Positions 55,910-64,000 of a stretch of 64,000 bases of DNA are shown here, piece after piece. The notes beneath the pieces were generated by a model. That model had not been told where the DNA came from, ran no database searches, and saw only the letters and a list, made by a program, of their open reading frames with translations. Numbering within the stretch: position 1 is the stretch's first letter; every line of letters begins with the position of its first letter. Made by a program: the position numbers and the translations under genes. The DNA comes from Candidatus Nomurabacteria bacterium (GTDB lineage Bacteria > Patescibacteriota > Minisyncoccia > Phycocordibacterales > UBA9973): contig CALRDL010000002.1 in assembly GCA_943354905.1 (NCBI GenBank), positions 6,478-70,477 of the forward strand, written 5' to 3'.

Positions 55910-56938
55910 ATGAAAACATATACATTCCATGTTTCTGGCACACATTGCGCATCATGCAAAATCTTGATTGAAGATATTTTGAACGAGCAAGATTTTATTA
56001 AAAAATCAAAAGTGGATTTGAAGAAAGAAACTGTGGAAATTGAAACTGATGGCGAAAAAGATCCCGAAGAAATCATAAACGTATTAAATGAAAAAATAAA
56101 ACTAAATGGTTATATGCTTAGTGTCGTTAGGCAAGACCTAACGACAGAGGATAGCGATGTAATTTGGAAAGCTCTGCCTATTGGGCTCGCTTTTCTAGTC
56201 CTCTTTTTTATTTTACAAAAGTCCGGTATTCTAAATCTCGGATTTGGGAGCGAGGCAACACCTACAACCAGTTTCATGATTGGTCTTATTGCTTCAGTGT
56301 CTTCCTGTCTTGCTGTTGTCGGTGGGCTTGTGTTGTCTCTTTCAGCAAAGGTATCACAAGATAAAATTAACGACACTAAAACTTTTCTGCTTTTTCACAT
56401 AGGAAGACTGTTCAGTTTTGCACTGCTCGGAGGAGTGTTGGGGATAATGGGGCAAGCGATAGGGATCAATGTTACTTTTACTGCAGTTTTGGGACTCCTA
56501 GCTTCAATGGTGATGTTGGTGCTTGGATTAAATTTAGTGGGAATATTTGCGAAAAACAAAATTGCACTATCTTCTGACATTTTTCAAAAAGTTTTTTCTA
56601 TCTTTAAAAAAATAGAACATAAAACACTCACTCCACTTTTAGTTGGCTTTGGAACATTCTTTTTACCTTGCGGATTTACTCAAGCGATGCAAGTCGCCGC
56701 TTTATCTAGTGTCTCATTTCTTTCGGGAATGCTTATTATGTTTGCTTTCGCTCTCGGGACTTTGCCGATGCTCATATTACTCTCATTTGGTTCGGCATCT
56801 TTTGCTCATAGTAAACATGGCAAACACGCACCTCTCTTCTTTAAATCTGCAGGCATAGTCGTGATTGGGCTTGGAATATTTGGATTACTGACAGGACTCA
56901 CAGGTTTGGGTATTATTAATCCACTATTTAGTATTTAA
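55910..56938 (+). CDS. HMA domain + DsbD_2/TauE-like permease
   Basis: HCASC, SSC..VGG, FHIGR, LPCG, FALGTLP. Confidence 0.85.
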   Translation: MKTYTFHVSGTHCASCKILIEDILNEQDFIKKSKVDLKKETVEIETDGEKDPEEIINVLNEKIKLNGYMLSVVRQDLTTEDSDVIWKALPIGLAFLVLFFILQKSGILNLGFGSEATPTTSFMIGLIASVSSCLAVVGGLVLSLSAKVSQDKINDTKTFLLFHIGRLFSFALLGGVLGIMGQAIGINVTFTAVLGLLASMVMLVLGLNLVGIFAKNKIALSSDIFQKVFSIFKKIEHKTLTPLLVGFGTFFLPCGFTQAMQVAALSSVSFLSGMLIMFAFALGTLPMLILLSFGSASFAHSKHGKHAPLFFKSAGIVVIGLGIFGLLTGLTGLGIINPLFSI

Positions 56939-56956
56939 TTTTGATATAATTACCAG

Positions 56957-57358
56957 ATGAACAAAATAGTTTTAATTATTATAACTCTTGGACTTGTTGT
57001 CGTTCTCGGCATCGTATTTTGGGGTGGTGGTTCAAAACCACAGACAGGTGAAAATGTTGCAGACGAAGGACAAAGTGTTGAAATAAAAAATGGTGTCCAA
57101 TATATCACCATTGATGCGAAAGGCGGGTATTTCCCCAAAGTCGTTACAGCTCAAGGTGGTATACCTACAAAACTTATTGTAAAAACAAACGGTACTTTTG
57201 ACTGCTCGGCATCGCTTGTAGTCCGTTCTGTCGGATTTCAAAAGATTTTACCCCCAACAGGAGAAACAGAAATTGACCTAGGCATTCCTAAATCAGGCGA
57301 GCCAGTCGTAGGGGTCTGCGGTATGGGAATGTATAATTTTCAAATTAATTTTAGTTAG
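56957..57358 (+). CDS. Cupredoxin-domain protein
   Basis: GGYFP, DC, CGMGMY. Confidence 0.8.
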   Translation: MNKIVLIIITLGLVVVLGIVFWGGGSKPQTGENVADEGQSVEIKNGVQYITIDAKGGYFPKVVTAQGGIPTKLIVKTNGTFDCSASLVVRSVGFQKILPPTGETEIDLGIPKSGEPVVGVCGMGMYNFQINFS

Positions 57359-57389
57359 GATTATTTTTGTTCATAATAGTCCGCACAAT

Positions 57390-57420
57390 AAATAAAAACT
57401 CCGAAAGGCGTTTTTATTTT
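57390..57420 (+). terminator. Terminator of the copper cluster
   Basis: aaataaaaac..cc-gaaa-gg..gtttttattt. Confidence 0.6.
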
Positions 57421-57459
57421 GCAAAAGATGTCGAAATAAACTAGTATTAACTATTGTAA

Positions 57460-57532
57460 GCCGTTATAGCTCAGGTAGTAGAGCACGTCATTGGTAATGA
57501 CGAGGTCAACAGTGCAAATCTGTTTAACGGCT
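57460..57532 (+). tRNA. tRNA-Thr (anticodon GGT), atypical T-loop TGCAAAT
   Basis: GCCGTTA/TAACGGC, CGTCA-TTGGTAA-TGACG. Confidence 0.92.
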
Positions 57533-57549
57533 CATTTTCTGTCATTTAT

Positions 57550-57605
57550 TTGCACTTAAAACTAGTTTCAAGTATAATATATTCAAATTTGAAACAAATT
57601 TGAAA
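57550..57605 (+). promoter_or_regulatory. lexA promoter with tandem palindromic operator candidates
   Basis: TTGCAC-17nt-TATAAT then TTCAAATTTGAA and CAAATTTGAA. Confidence 0.6.
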
Positions 57606-57625
57606 GTCAATATTATAAAATATTT

Positions 57626-58291
57626 ATGATAAGCAAAAAACAAAAAGAAATATACGATTTCATTGTGTCTTATGCAAAAGACAATGGGTACGCCCCATCG
57701 CTAGAAGAGATAGCTAAAAATTTCTCTTTTTTGGCGTACCCCTCTTCTGCTCACTACCATGTAAAAAAATTACAAGATGAAGGATACATTGAAAGAGAAT
57801 CAAATATTCCTAGATCAATTGGTATATATAGAGATAAAACAATAAAAACTCCTTTTCTAAAAACTACAGGGTTAGATTCAATAAGAATACCGATTCTAGG
57901 AGCCGTAAATGCTGGCCCCGCTACTATTTTTGCAGAGGAAAATATTGAGGGATATTTAAAAGTTTCTCGTAGTTTATTAAATAATAAAAATGAAGTTTTT
58001 GCTTTGAGAGTTGAGGGTGACTCAATGAACAAGGCAAGGATTGATCGTAAGAATATAGAAACAGGTGATTTTGTTTTAATTGATTCTGAATATAAAAATC
58101 CAAAAAACGGTGACCTTGTTTTGTCTGTAATTGACGGATGTGCAAACATTAAGAAGTTTGAAAAAAATGATAAAACTGGCGAGGTAAGACTGGTGTCAGA
58201 ATCTACAAATTCTACACACAAACCGATTTTTGTATCTAGTAAAGACGATTTTATGATAAATGGAAAAATTATTTTAGTAGTTAAAAAATAG
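57626..58291 (+). CDS. lexA: LexA-family repressor
   Basis: GYAPS..EIA wHTH, AG cleavage site (NAG), GDSM Ser, IKK Lys. Confidence 0.9.
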   Translation: MISKKQKEIYDFIVSYAKDNGYAPSLEEIAKNFSFLAYPSSAHYHVKKLQDEGYIERESNIPRSIGIYRDKTIKTPFLKTTGLDSIRIPILGAVNAGPATIFAEENIEGYLKVSRSLLNNKNEVFALRVEGDSMNKARIDRKNIETGDFVLIDSEYKNPKNGDLVLSVIDGCANIKKFEKNDKTGEVRLVSESTNSTHKPIFVSSKDDFMINGKIILVVKK

Positions 58292-58326
58292 GCTAGCCCT
58301 TCCCAAAAGAAAGTTAATTTTCTATA

Positions 58327-60867
58327 ATGTATATGATGAACAATGGAATCAAAAAAAAGCCCTTAACTTACATAAGCCTGTTTAGTAGTGCTGGCGTTGG
58401 TTGTTATGGATTTAAACTTGAAGATTTTGAATGTGTTGCGACAAATGAAATTATAGAAAGACGTTTGAATGTACAAAAACATAATAATAAATGTCGTTAT
58501 GAAAGTGGTTATATAGCTGATGATATCCTAAAAGAGGAAACCAAAAATAAAATAAGAAAAGAACTCGAATTTTGGAAGAAAAATCATGATGTTAAAGAAC
58601 TTGATGTTTTAATTTCAACTCCACCCTGCCAAGGAATGTCAGTTGCAAATCATAAAAAGGGTGACGAGTTAGCTCGTAATTCTTTGGTTATAGAATCTAT
58701 TAAACTTGTTGACGAAATTAGACCTAAATTCTTTATCTTTGAAAATGTTAGGGCTTTTTTGAATAGTTTATGCACTGATACTGATGGAAAAGATAAAAAA
58801 ATTCGTGAAGCCATCGAATTAAATTTAGGAGGTAAATATAATATACATTACCAAGTAATAAATTTTAAAGATTATGGTAACCCGTCTAGCAGAACTAGAA
58901 CTCTTGTTCTCGGTACAAGAAAAGACTTGCAAGAAATAACCCCATTAGATTTTATGCCAACTTTGCAAAAAGAAAAAACAATTCGGGAAGTTATCGGTCA
59001 TTTACCAAGTTTAAAAGTTATGGGAGAAAGTGATACGAAAGACATTTATCATAATTTTAGATCATATGCAGATCGTATGCGAAATTGGATAAGTGGAACA
59101 AAAGAAGGTGAGTCGGCTTTTGATAACAAAAATCCAAAATTTCGTCCACATAAAATAATTGATGGGGAGCTAGTTTCTAATACGCAAAAAAATGCTGATA
59201 AATACAGTAGGTGTTTCTGGAATAAAGTTTGCCCTTGTATTCATACAAGAAATGATATTCTCGCTAGTCAAGCAACCATACATCCATCCGATGATCGTGT
59301 TTTTAGTGTAAGAGAGTTAATGAAACTTATGTCTATTCCAGACTCATATAGATGGACTGGTATATCTGAAGAAAAACTTAATAACTTATCACCTGAAGAA
59401 AAATTAAAATTCTTTAAGAAAGAAGAAGTGAATATACGTCAATCAATCGGTGAAGCTGTTCCCACAATTATTTTTCAACAAATCGCTAAGAATATAAAAA
59501 GATCTATCCAGCGAAATATTTTAGATGAAAAAGATATAGAAAAAATTATCATTAACAACAATCTAACTGAAATAGAGAATTTAAAATCTTTTCTTAATGA
59601 GCATTTAGTTAAATATTCATTTGCCGAATTATCAAAAATAGTAGAATTAGCTAATGCCTATAGATTTAAACACGCGGCTTATTATACTCGTCAAGATATA
59701 TGCTTTACCGTTATTAAAGATTTACCTGATGCTTCAAATTTCAATTCAATTAAAATTTTAGAGCCATCCGTTGGGGCAGGAAACTTTTTACCCCTTTTAA
59801 TTGAAAAATACAAATCGATTTCAAGTGTCCAGATTGATGTAATAGATATAGATAAAAACGCAATTGATATACTAAAAATCTTAATCAAAAAACTAAATAT
59901 CCCAGTAAATATAAAAATCAATTTTCTAAACGAAGATTTTCTCTTATTTGGACAGAATGGCCTTTTCTCAAATGAGAATGTCCACTACGATATAGTCGTC
60001 GGCAATCCTCCCTTTGGAAAAATTTCTGACAACGAATCATTACTCACGGAATACAAAAGAGGAAAATTTAATACAAAAACTAGTAATTTGTTTTCCTTTT
60101 TTCTCGAGAAATCCATTAATCATGCAGATACTGTTGCATTAATAATACCAAAAAGTTTTTTATCATCTCCTGAATTTGATGCTACTCGAGAGTTTGTTTC
60201 TAAATTTGCAGTGTCAAAAATCACAGACTACGGAGAAAAAGGATTTAAGGGGGTCAAAATAGAAACGATAAGTCTTATTATAAATACAAAAAAAACAAGT
60301 ATAAATAATCAGACTTTAGTTGAATCTTATATAAAAAATGAATTTGGTTTTAAAGACCAAAATTATATTTGCTCTAAAGAATTTCCTTATTGGCTAGTGT
60401 ATCGAGATTCATTTTTTGACGAAGTAGCTTCAAGGCTTAGTTTTGGAGTATTCACTGCATATAGAGATAGGCAAATAACTAAACAGATTACAAAAAATAA
60501 AGGACAAATACGAGTTCTCAAATCAAGAAATATTGGAAGTAATAAAATTGTAAATATTCCAGATTATGATTCCTATGTAGATGAGTATAAAAATCTATCG
60601 ATAGCAAAATATATAAACCACGACGAAGCTGTTCTTGTTCCAAATCTCACATATAATCCTAGAGCCTGTTTTCTTCCAGAAAATACCATCGTGGATGGTT
60701 CTGTCGCAATTCTTATTCCTATAAATAAAACAAAAATTACAAAAAATGATCTCGCATATTACAATTCAGAGGAATTTGTTGGATTCTATCGAGTTGCTAG
60801 AAATTATGGTACCAGATCTCTCAATATAGATAACAATTCAGTTTTCTTCTTTGGGTTAAAAGTCTAA
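58327..60867 (+). CDS. Fused C5-cytosine + N6-adenine DNA methyltransferase
   Basis: FSSAG, PPCQ, ENV, R.R (m5C) then EPSVGAG, GNPPF (amino-MTase). Confidence 0.92.
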   Translation: MYMMNNGIKKKPLTYISLFSSAGVGCYGFKLEDFECVATNEIIERRLNVQKHNNKCRYESGYIADDILKEETKNKIRKELEFWKKNHDVKELDVLISTPPCQGMSVANHKKGDELARNSLVIESIKLVDEIRPKFFIFENVRAFLNSLCTDTDGKDKKIREAIELNLGGKYNIHYQVINFKDYGNPSSRTRTLVLGTRKDLQEITPLDFMPTLQKEKTIREVIGHLPSLKVMGESDTKDIYHNFRSYADRMRNWISGTKEGESAFDNKNPKFRPHKIIDGELVSNTQKNADKYSRCFWNKVCPCIHTRNDILASQATIHPSDDRVFSVRELMKLMSIPDSYRWTGISEEKLNNLSPEEKLKFFKKEEVNIRQSIGEAVPTIIFQQIAKNIKRSIQRNILDEKDIEKIIINNNLTEIENLKSFLNEHLVKYSFAELSKIVELANAYRFKHAAYYTRQDICFTVIKDLPDASNFNSIKILEPSVGAGNFLPLLIEKYKSISSVQIDVIDIDKNAIDILKILIKKLNIPVNIKINFLNEDFLLFGQNGLFSNENVHYDIVVGNPPFGKISDNESLLTEYKRGKFNTKTSNLFSFFLEKSINHADTVALIIPKSFLSSPEFDATREFVSKFAVSKITDYGEKGFKGVKIETISLIINTKKTSINNQTLVESYIKNEFGFKDQNYICSKEFPYWLVYRDSFFDEVASRLSFGVFTAYRDRQITKQITKNKGQIRVLKSRNIGSNKIVNIPDYDSYVDEYKNLSIAKYINHDEAVLVPNLTYNPRACFLPENTIVDGSVAILIPINKTKITKNDLAYYNSEEFVGFYRVARNYGTRSLNIDNNSVFFFGLKV

Positions 60868-60869
60868 AA

Positions 60870-62045
60870 CTAAATATTAGAGAATACTGATTCTACTTGA
60901 TCTAAACTAGAAGTTTCTTTTAATTTAAGATTAAAGGCTGAGTTTATTACTTGTATGAATCTATTCAACATATAAAAATCCTCCCCATTTTTTAAAGATG
61001 TTTTTATATTTTCAAATTTTCTTTTTAGACAAACTTTTTGAAACTCAGGATCAATTCTGTGTGTGTTACCTTGAATATGAGCATACGACAAGTGTTGTCC
61101 TGGAGTTAGTGCAATTAAATTTTCTCTAAAGAGGGCGAACTCGGGATTTGAATGTTGGGGTAACATATGGTGAATATGAACGCCTCCCTCTGGTGTGAAA
61201 TTATATTCTTGCTCTTGAATTTCACTAATTCCATTATATTTTTTCTTTATATCAGCTTTAACTTTCTGTAATAATACTACCCCGACAACACCACTTGCAT
61301 CGATATCTAAGAGTATGCTTTCTCTATACTCTTGTCTTGTCATACCTGACGGCATGTTTTCGTCTCTGAAATTTTTACGATTATATATCAAAAAAGAATA
61401 CGGACATGGGCCACTTGTTATGTTTGAACCATCCTCTCCGGGTATTCTGTGTTTATAACAATAAACATTAAACATTTTATTAAATACTCGGTAAGTATGT
61501 TTACGATCAGTGCCTCTTATTTTTGTATTGATTTTTGCCCATAACCAATACTTATCTTTAGCAATTAAGTGATTTGCTTGTGTAGGATTATTTTTGTATT
61601 TTTCAAAATCTACAATAAGCCCATTATCAGTTAAAAATTTCTCAGTATATTCAGTTAAGAATTTAGAAGCATTAAGGTCGTTCGTAGACATATACTCCAA
61701 TGCCTCCAGATTTGTAATCTTGTATTGTTTGGGGCGGTCACTAACTTTTTCAAGAATACCTGCGTAAGATAATAGTCCTAATTGATAGGAACTAACTTTG
61801 TTATATTCTCTTGGGGCAAGAGCTTGTGATGGTTTGGAAAAATAATCTTGCATTAAATTATCGAATAAAGACGAAAGTCTTATTTCGCTATCTGAAAATA
61901 CTAGATTTCTATCGTTTTTTGTAATATCAAGAATAACCAAAGAAACACACCATAATAAATCTGGCGTAGTTTTCTGCTCGTAATGAAGCCCTTGTTTAGG
62001 GATTTTTCTTAAATTTTTATTTGTAAAATACTCTTGGAAATTCAT
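60870..62045 (-). CDS. Putative HNH-type restriction endonuclease
   Basis: HIHHMLP..ENLIALTPGQH..H; convergent with the MTase. Confidence 0.75.
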   Translation of the reverse strand: MNFQEYFTNKNLRKIPKQGLHYEQKTTPDLLWCVSLVILDITKNDRNLVFSDSEIRLSSLFDNLMQDYFSKPSQALAPREYNKVSSYQLGLLSYAGILEKVSDRPKQYKITNLEALEYMSTNDLNASKFLTEYTEKFLTDNGLIVDFEKYKNNPTQANHLIAKDKYWLWAKINTKIRGTDRKHTYRVFNKMFNVYCYKHRIPGEDGSNITSGPCPYSFLIYNRKNFRDENMPSGMTRQEYRESILLDIDASGVVGVVLLQKVKADIKKKYNGISEIQEQEYNFTPEGGVHIHHMLPQHSNPEFALFRENLIALTPGQHLSYAHIQGNTHRIDPEFQKVCLKRKFENIKTSLKNGEDFYMLNRFIQVINSAFNLKLKETSSLDQVESVFSNI

Positions 62046-62046
62046 A

Positions 62047-62268
62047 TCATTTTATGAAAAAAGACAGCTCCTTTTTATAAATTTTTGCAAACTCTTTGAG
62101 TTGTGTAATATCAAGTCTGCGTTGCCCAGCTTCAATTTTTGATACATGAGGTTGAGTTTTACGAAGTAGCTTCGCTACATCAGCTTGATCTAATCCAGCT
62201 TCAAGACGAGCTTTTTTAAGCTGTTCAACAGTATATTTATGATCTTTAGAAAAAATCGCCTTTGTCAT
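62047..62268 (-). CDS. XRE HTH (controller-protein position)
   Basis: ARLEAGLDQ..SKIEAGQRR; directly upstream of the nuclease. Confidence 0.85.
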   Translation of the reverse strand: MTKAIFSKDHKYTVEQLKKARLEAGLDQADVAKLLRKTQPHVSKIEAGQRRLDITQLKEFAKIYKKELSFFIK

Positions 62269-62509
62269 ATCCTTGTATTATAGTATTCCGTTGTGTTATA
62301 TTCCAAGTTGTTATATGATATATAAGGACTGCTTCCCACCAAAAATCCGCCGTGTATTCCCATTGACAGGTACCCCAAATTTAAGACACCTTTTTAGGTA
62401 AGATTGATAACTTAGATTCTAGAAAATAAGTTAGTTTGTTAGTATCACAAATATATTGTGATACTATAATAGTTATAGACATTTTATATATTAATTATTA
62501 AATTATTTT

Positions 62510-63318
62510 ATGAACTTTAAAGAATACAAATCAACGTCTGAAGAAATAAAAAGTGCAGAGCAAATGATGACTCCAAAACAACAACTCGCTTTTAATTTAC
62601 GCGAAAAGTTTTTGAGCAACAACTTTGAAATACCAGAAAACGCCACCGAACAACAAAAGGCAGATGTTGAAAAAGAAACTGGAGATGTTGCTAGAATTCT
62701 CAATGAGTATGGAAAGCCATGGTTTCTTGGTGGTGGTACTTCGTTAGAATTGGCACAGGGCGAAATAACTCGCGATCATCACGATAGCGACATAGTAATG
62801 CCTTATGAAAATGTAGCCGACTTTTTTGATTATGCACATGAGCTTGGCTATAGATTTACTGATATGAAAGAAAAAGATATTTTGTCTAAAGAAGATTTAG
62901 TAAATGAAAGAGAAAATGCTTTTCTTCATAAAATTGATAGAACCAAATCTGGTACACAAGGTTTTGAAATAATTTTTTTGCTTCAAAAATTGACGAAGCA
63001 ATTTCAAAAAGCAGTGAGAAATTTAACACTACTATCGGTCAAGTTTTTGAAATTTCTAGTCACATAAGTTCTCCAGAAAATTTTCTTGATGAAGTTAAAA
63101 AAGAATTTGGCGAAGATTTAGTTGCACAAAGAAAGGTAGAATTTGATGAAGTCGCTAAATTCCTTTTTGGAGAAAAGAAACCGACAGAGGAAGAATTTAG
63201 AGAATTTGCACATCGTGCATTCAATATTCAGAAATATCTTGAAGAGAAAATGAAAAGTGAGGCATTGGATATGCAAAGATGGGAAGTCAGGAATAAGAAT
63301 GAAAAAGTTATAAAATAG
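62510..63318 (+). pseudogene. Nucleotidyltransferase (ANT(2'')/Lnu-like) gene, frameshifted or internally deleted
   Basis: WFLGGG..TRDHHDSDI; coding-like sequence continues in another frame from ~62980 to TAG at 63316-63318. Confidence 0.65.
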
Positions 63319-63749
63319 GTTATTATTTTTAGCCGTCGAATTTCCAAAAACTCCATTCCGAAATTAAAAAACTTTTTCGGCGCCAAGTCATCGTTCTTGT
63401 TTTGTTGCCCACTCAAAGGCATAAATTAAATCGCCAGAAACCGTCGTACGACCTTCTTGTGCTTTAAATCCTTCATTTTTGATTTTTTCGGCATCCTTCT
63501 CTGAACTCGTGCCGTGCGTGATAAATTCAGGTGATTTCATATCAATTTATTTGTATTGTGTAAGATACCACAATTCTTAAGACAAAAATTCTAGTAATTA
63601 ATTTAATTTTAATATGCTGGGTTCTTTAAAGCAAATTCTCTCAACGACATTCTTAATATTGTATGAATTCTAATATTTGTGTATATGTATTCTTTGGTTA
63701 GATTACTAATACGACTATTTTACTATTAATCTTACCGGAATGTGTGTCT

Positions 63750-63838
63750 TAAATTCGGCATCCGAACCCGATTTTGTTTTTTGGCGGTGTGTGTTGGACA
63801 AAGTTCGAAACTATTTCGAGCAAAATCCAAACGATTAA
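63750..63838 (+). other. Orphan att-like site encoding a recombinase-type C-terminus
   Basis: tggacaaagttcgaa core shared with 41482 and 44030; reads WRCVLDKVRNYFEQNPND*. Confidence 0.6.
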
Positions 63839-64000
63839 AATGGACTCGGCAGGGCGAAATAATTTGTCTAGGGGAAAGGATTCGCCCTGCCTCGGCTGAT
63901 TTCCCGCCCGCAGGAGAGATCCGCTATGAGGAAAAGTCAAGCATTTCGGTAGACAGTTTTGTGTTTCAACATCATCCAAACTATGTTCACAATCTGACGG

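Noticed and set aside
62364-62390. Possible solo IS3-like terminal repeat (tgacaggtaccccaaatttaagacacc)
   Set aside because: No partner repeat or transposase in the window; resemblance only
63388-63540. 50-codon minus-strand ORF MKSPEFITHGT.. resembling an ADP-ribosyltransferase start
   Set aside because: Too short and truncated to support a call

Overview
AT-rich bacterial window that reads like a Patescibacteria/CPR (Parcubacteria-type) chromosome. This is inferred from an archaeal-type UMP kinase, a stand-alone VirD4/HerA-like ATPase, tRNA-Ile(UAU) and many apparently leaderless genes. Bases 1-27300 are mostly housekeeping: adk, pyrH, map, ndk, three CYTH genes, beta-CASP RNase, infC-rpmI-rplT, tmRNA+smpB, ftsH, recG, plus a candidate 6S-like RNA and a RAYT-type transposase. 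Bases 27300-45100 are an accessory region around two divergent tRNA-Ser genes (anticodons ACT and GCT). It holds a Type I R-M cargo, a large serine recombinase and an HTH/Fic cargo, all organised by nested long inverted repeats. Bases 46500-57400 are a CsoR-led copper cluster (copA, DUF305, YHS, nirK, three paralogous 73-aa membrane proteins). Bases 57460-64000 hold tRNA-Thr, lexA and a fused m5C/m6A methyltransferase with an HNH nuclease and an HTH gene. The best candidate for an undescribed system: the recombinase gene lies between 135-bp inverted copies of its own 3' end. One copy continues into the tRNA-Ser(ACT) antisense strand, the other into an alternative C-terminus. Related C-terminus-coding sites recur at three more places, two of them as the outer ends of inverted repeats around cargo genes. 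Other strong signals are a multi-copy structured non-coding element, gene-end duplications flanking inserted genes, and in-frame palindromic insertions in recG, copA and others. All calls were made by eye, with no database searches.
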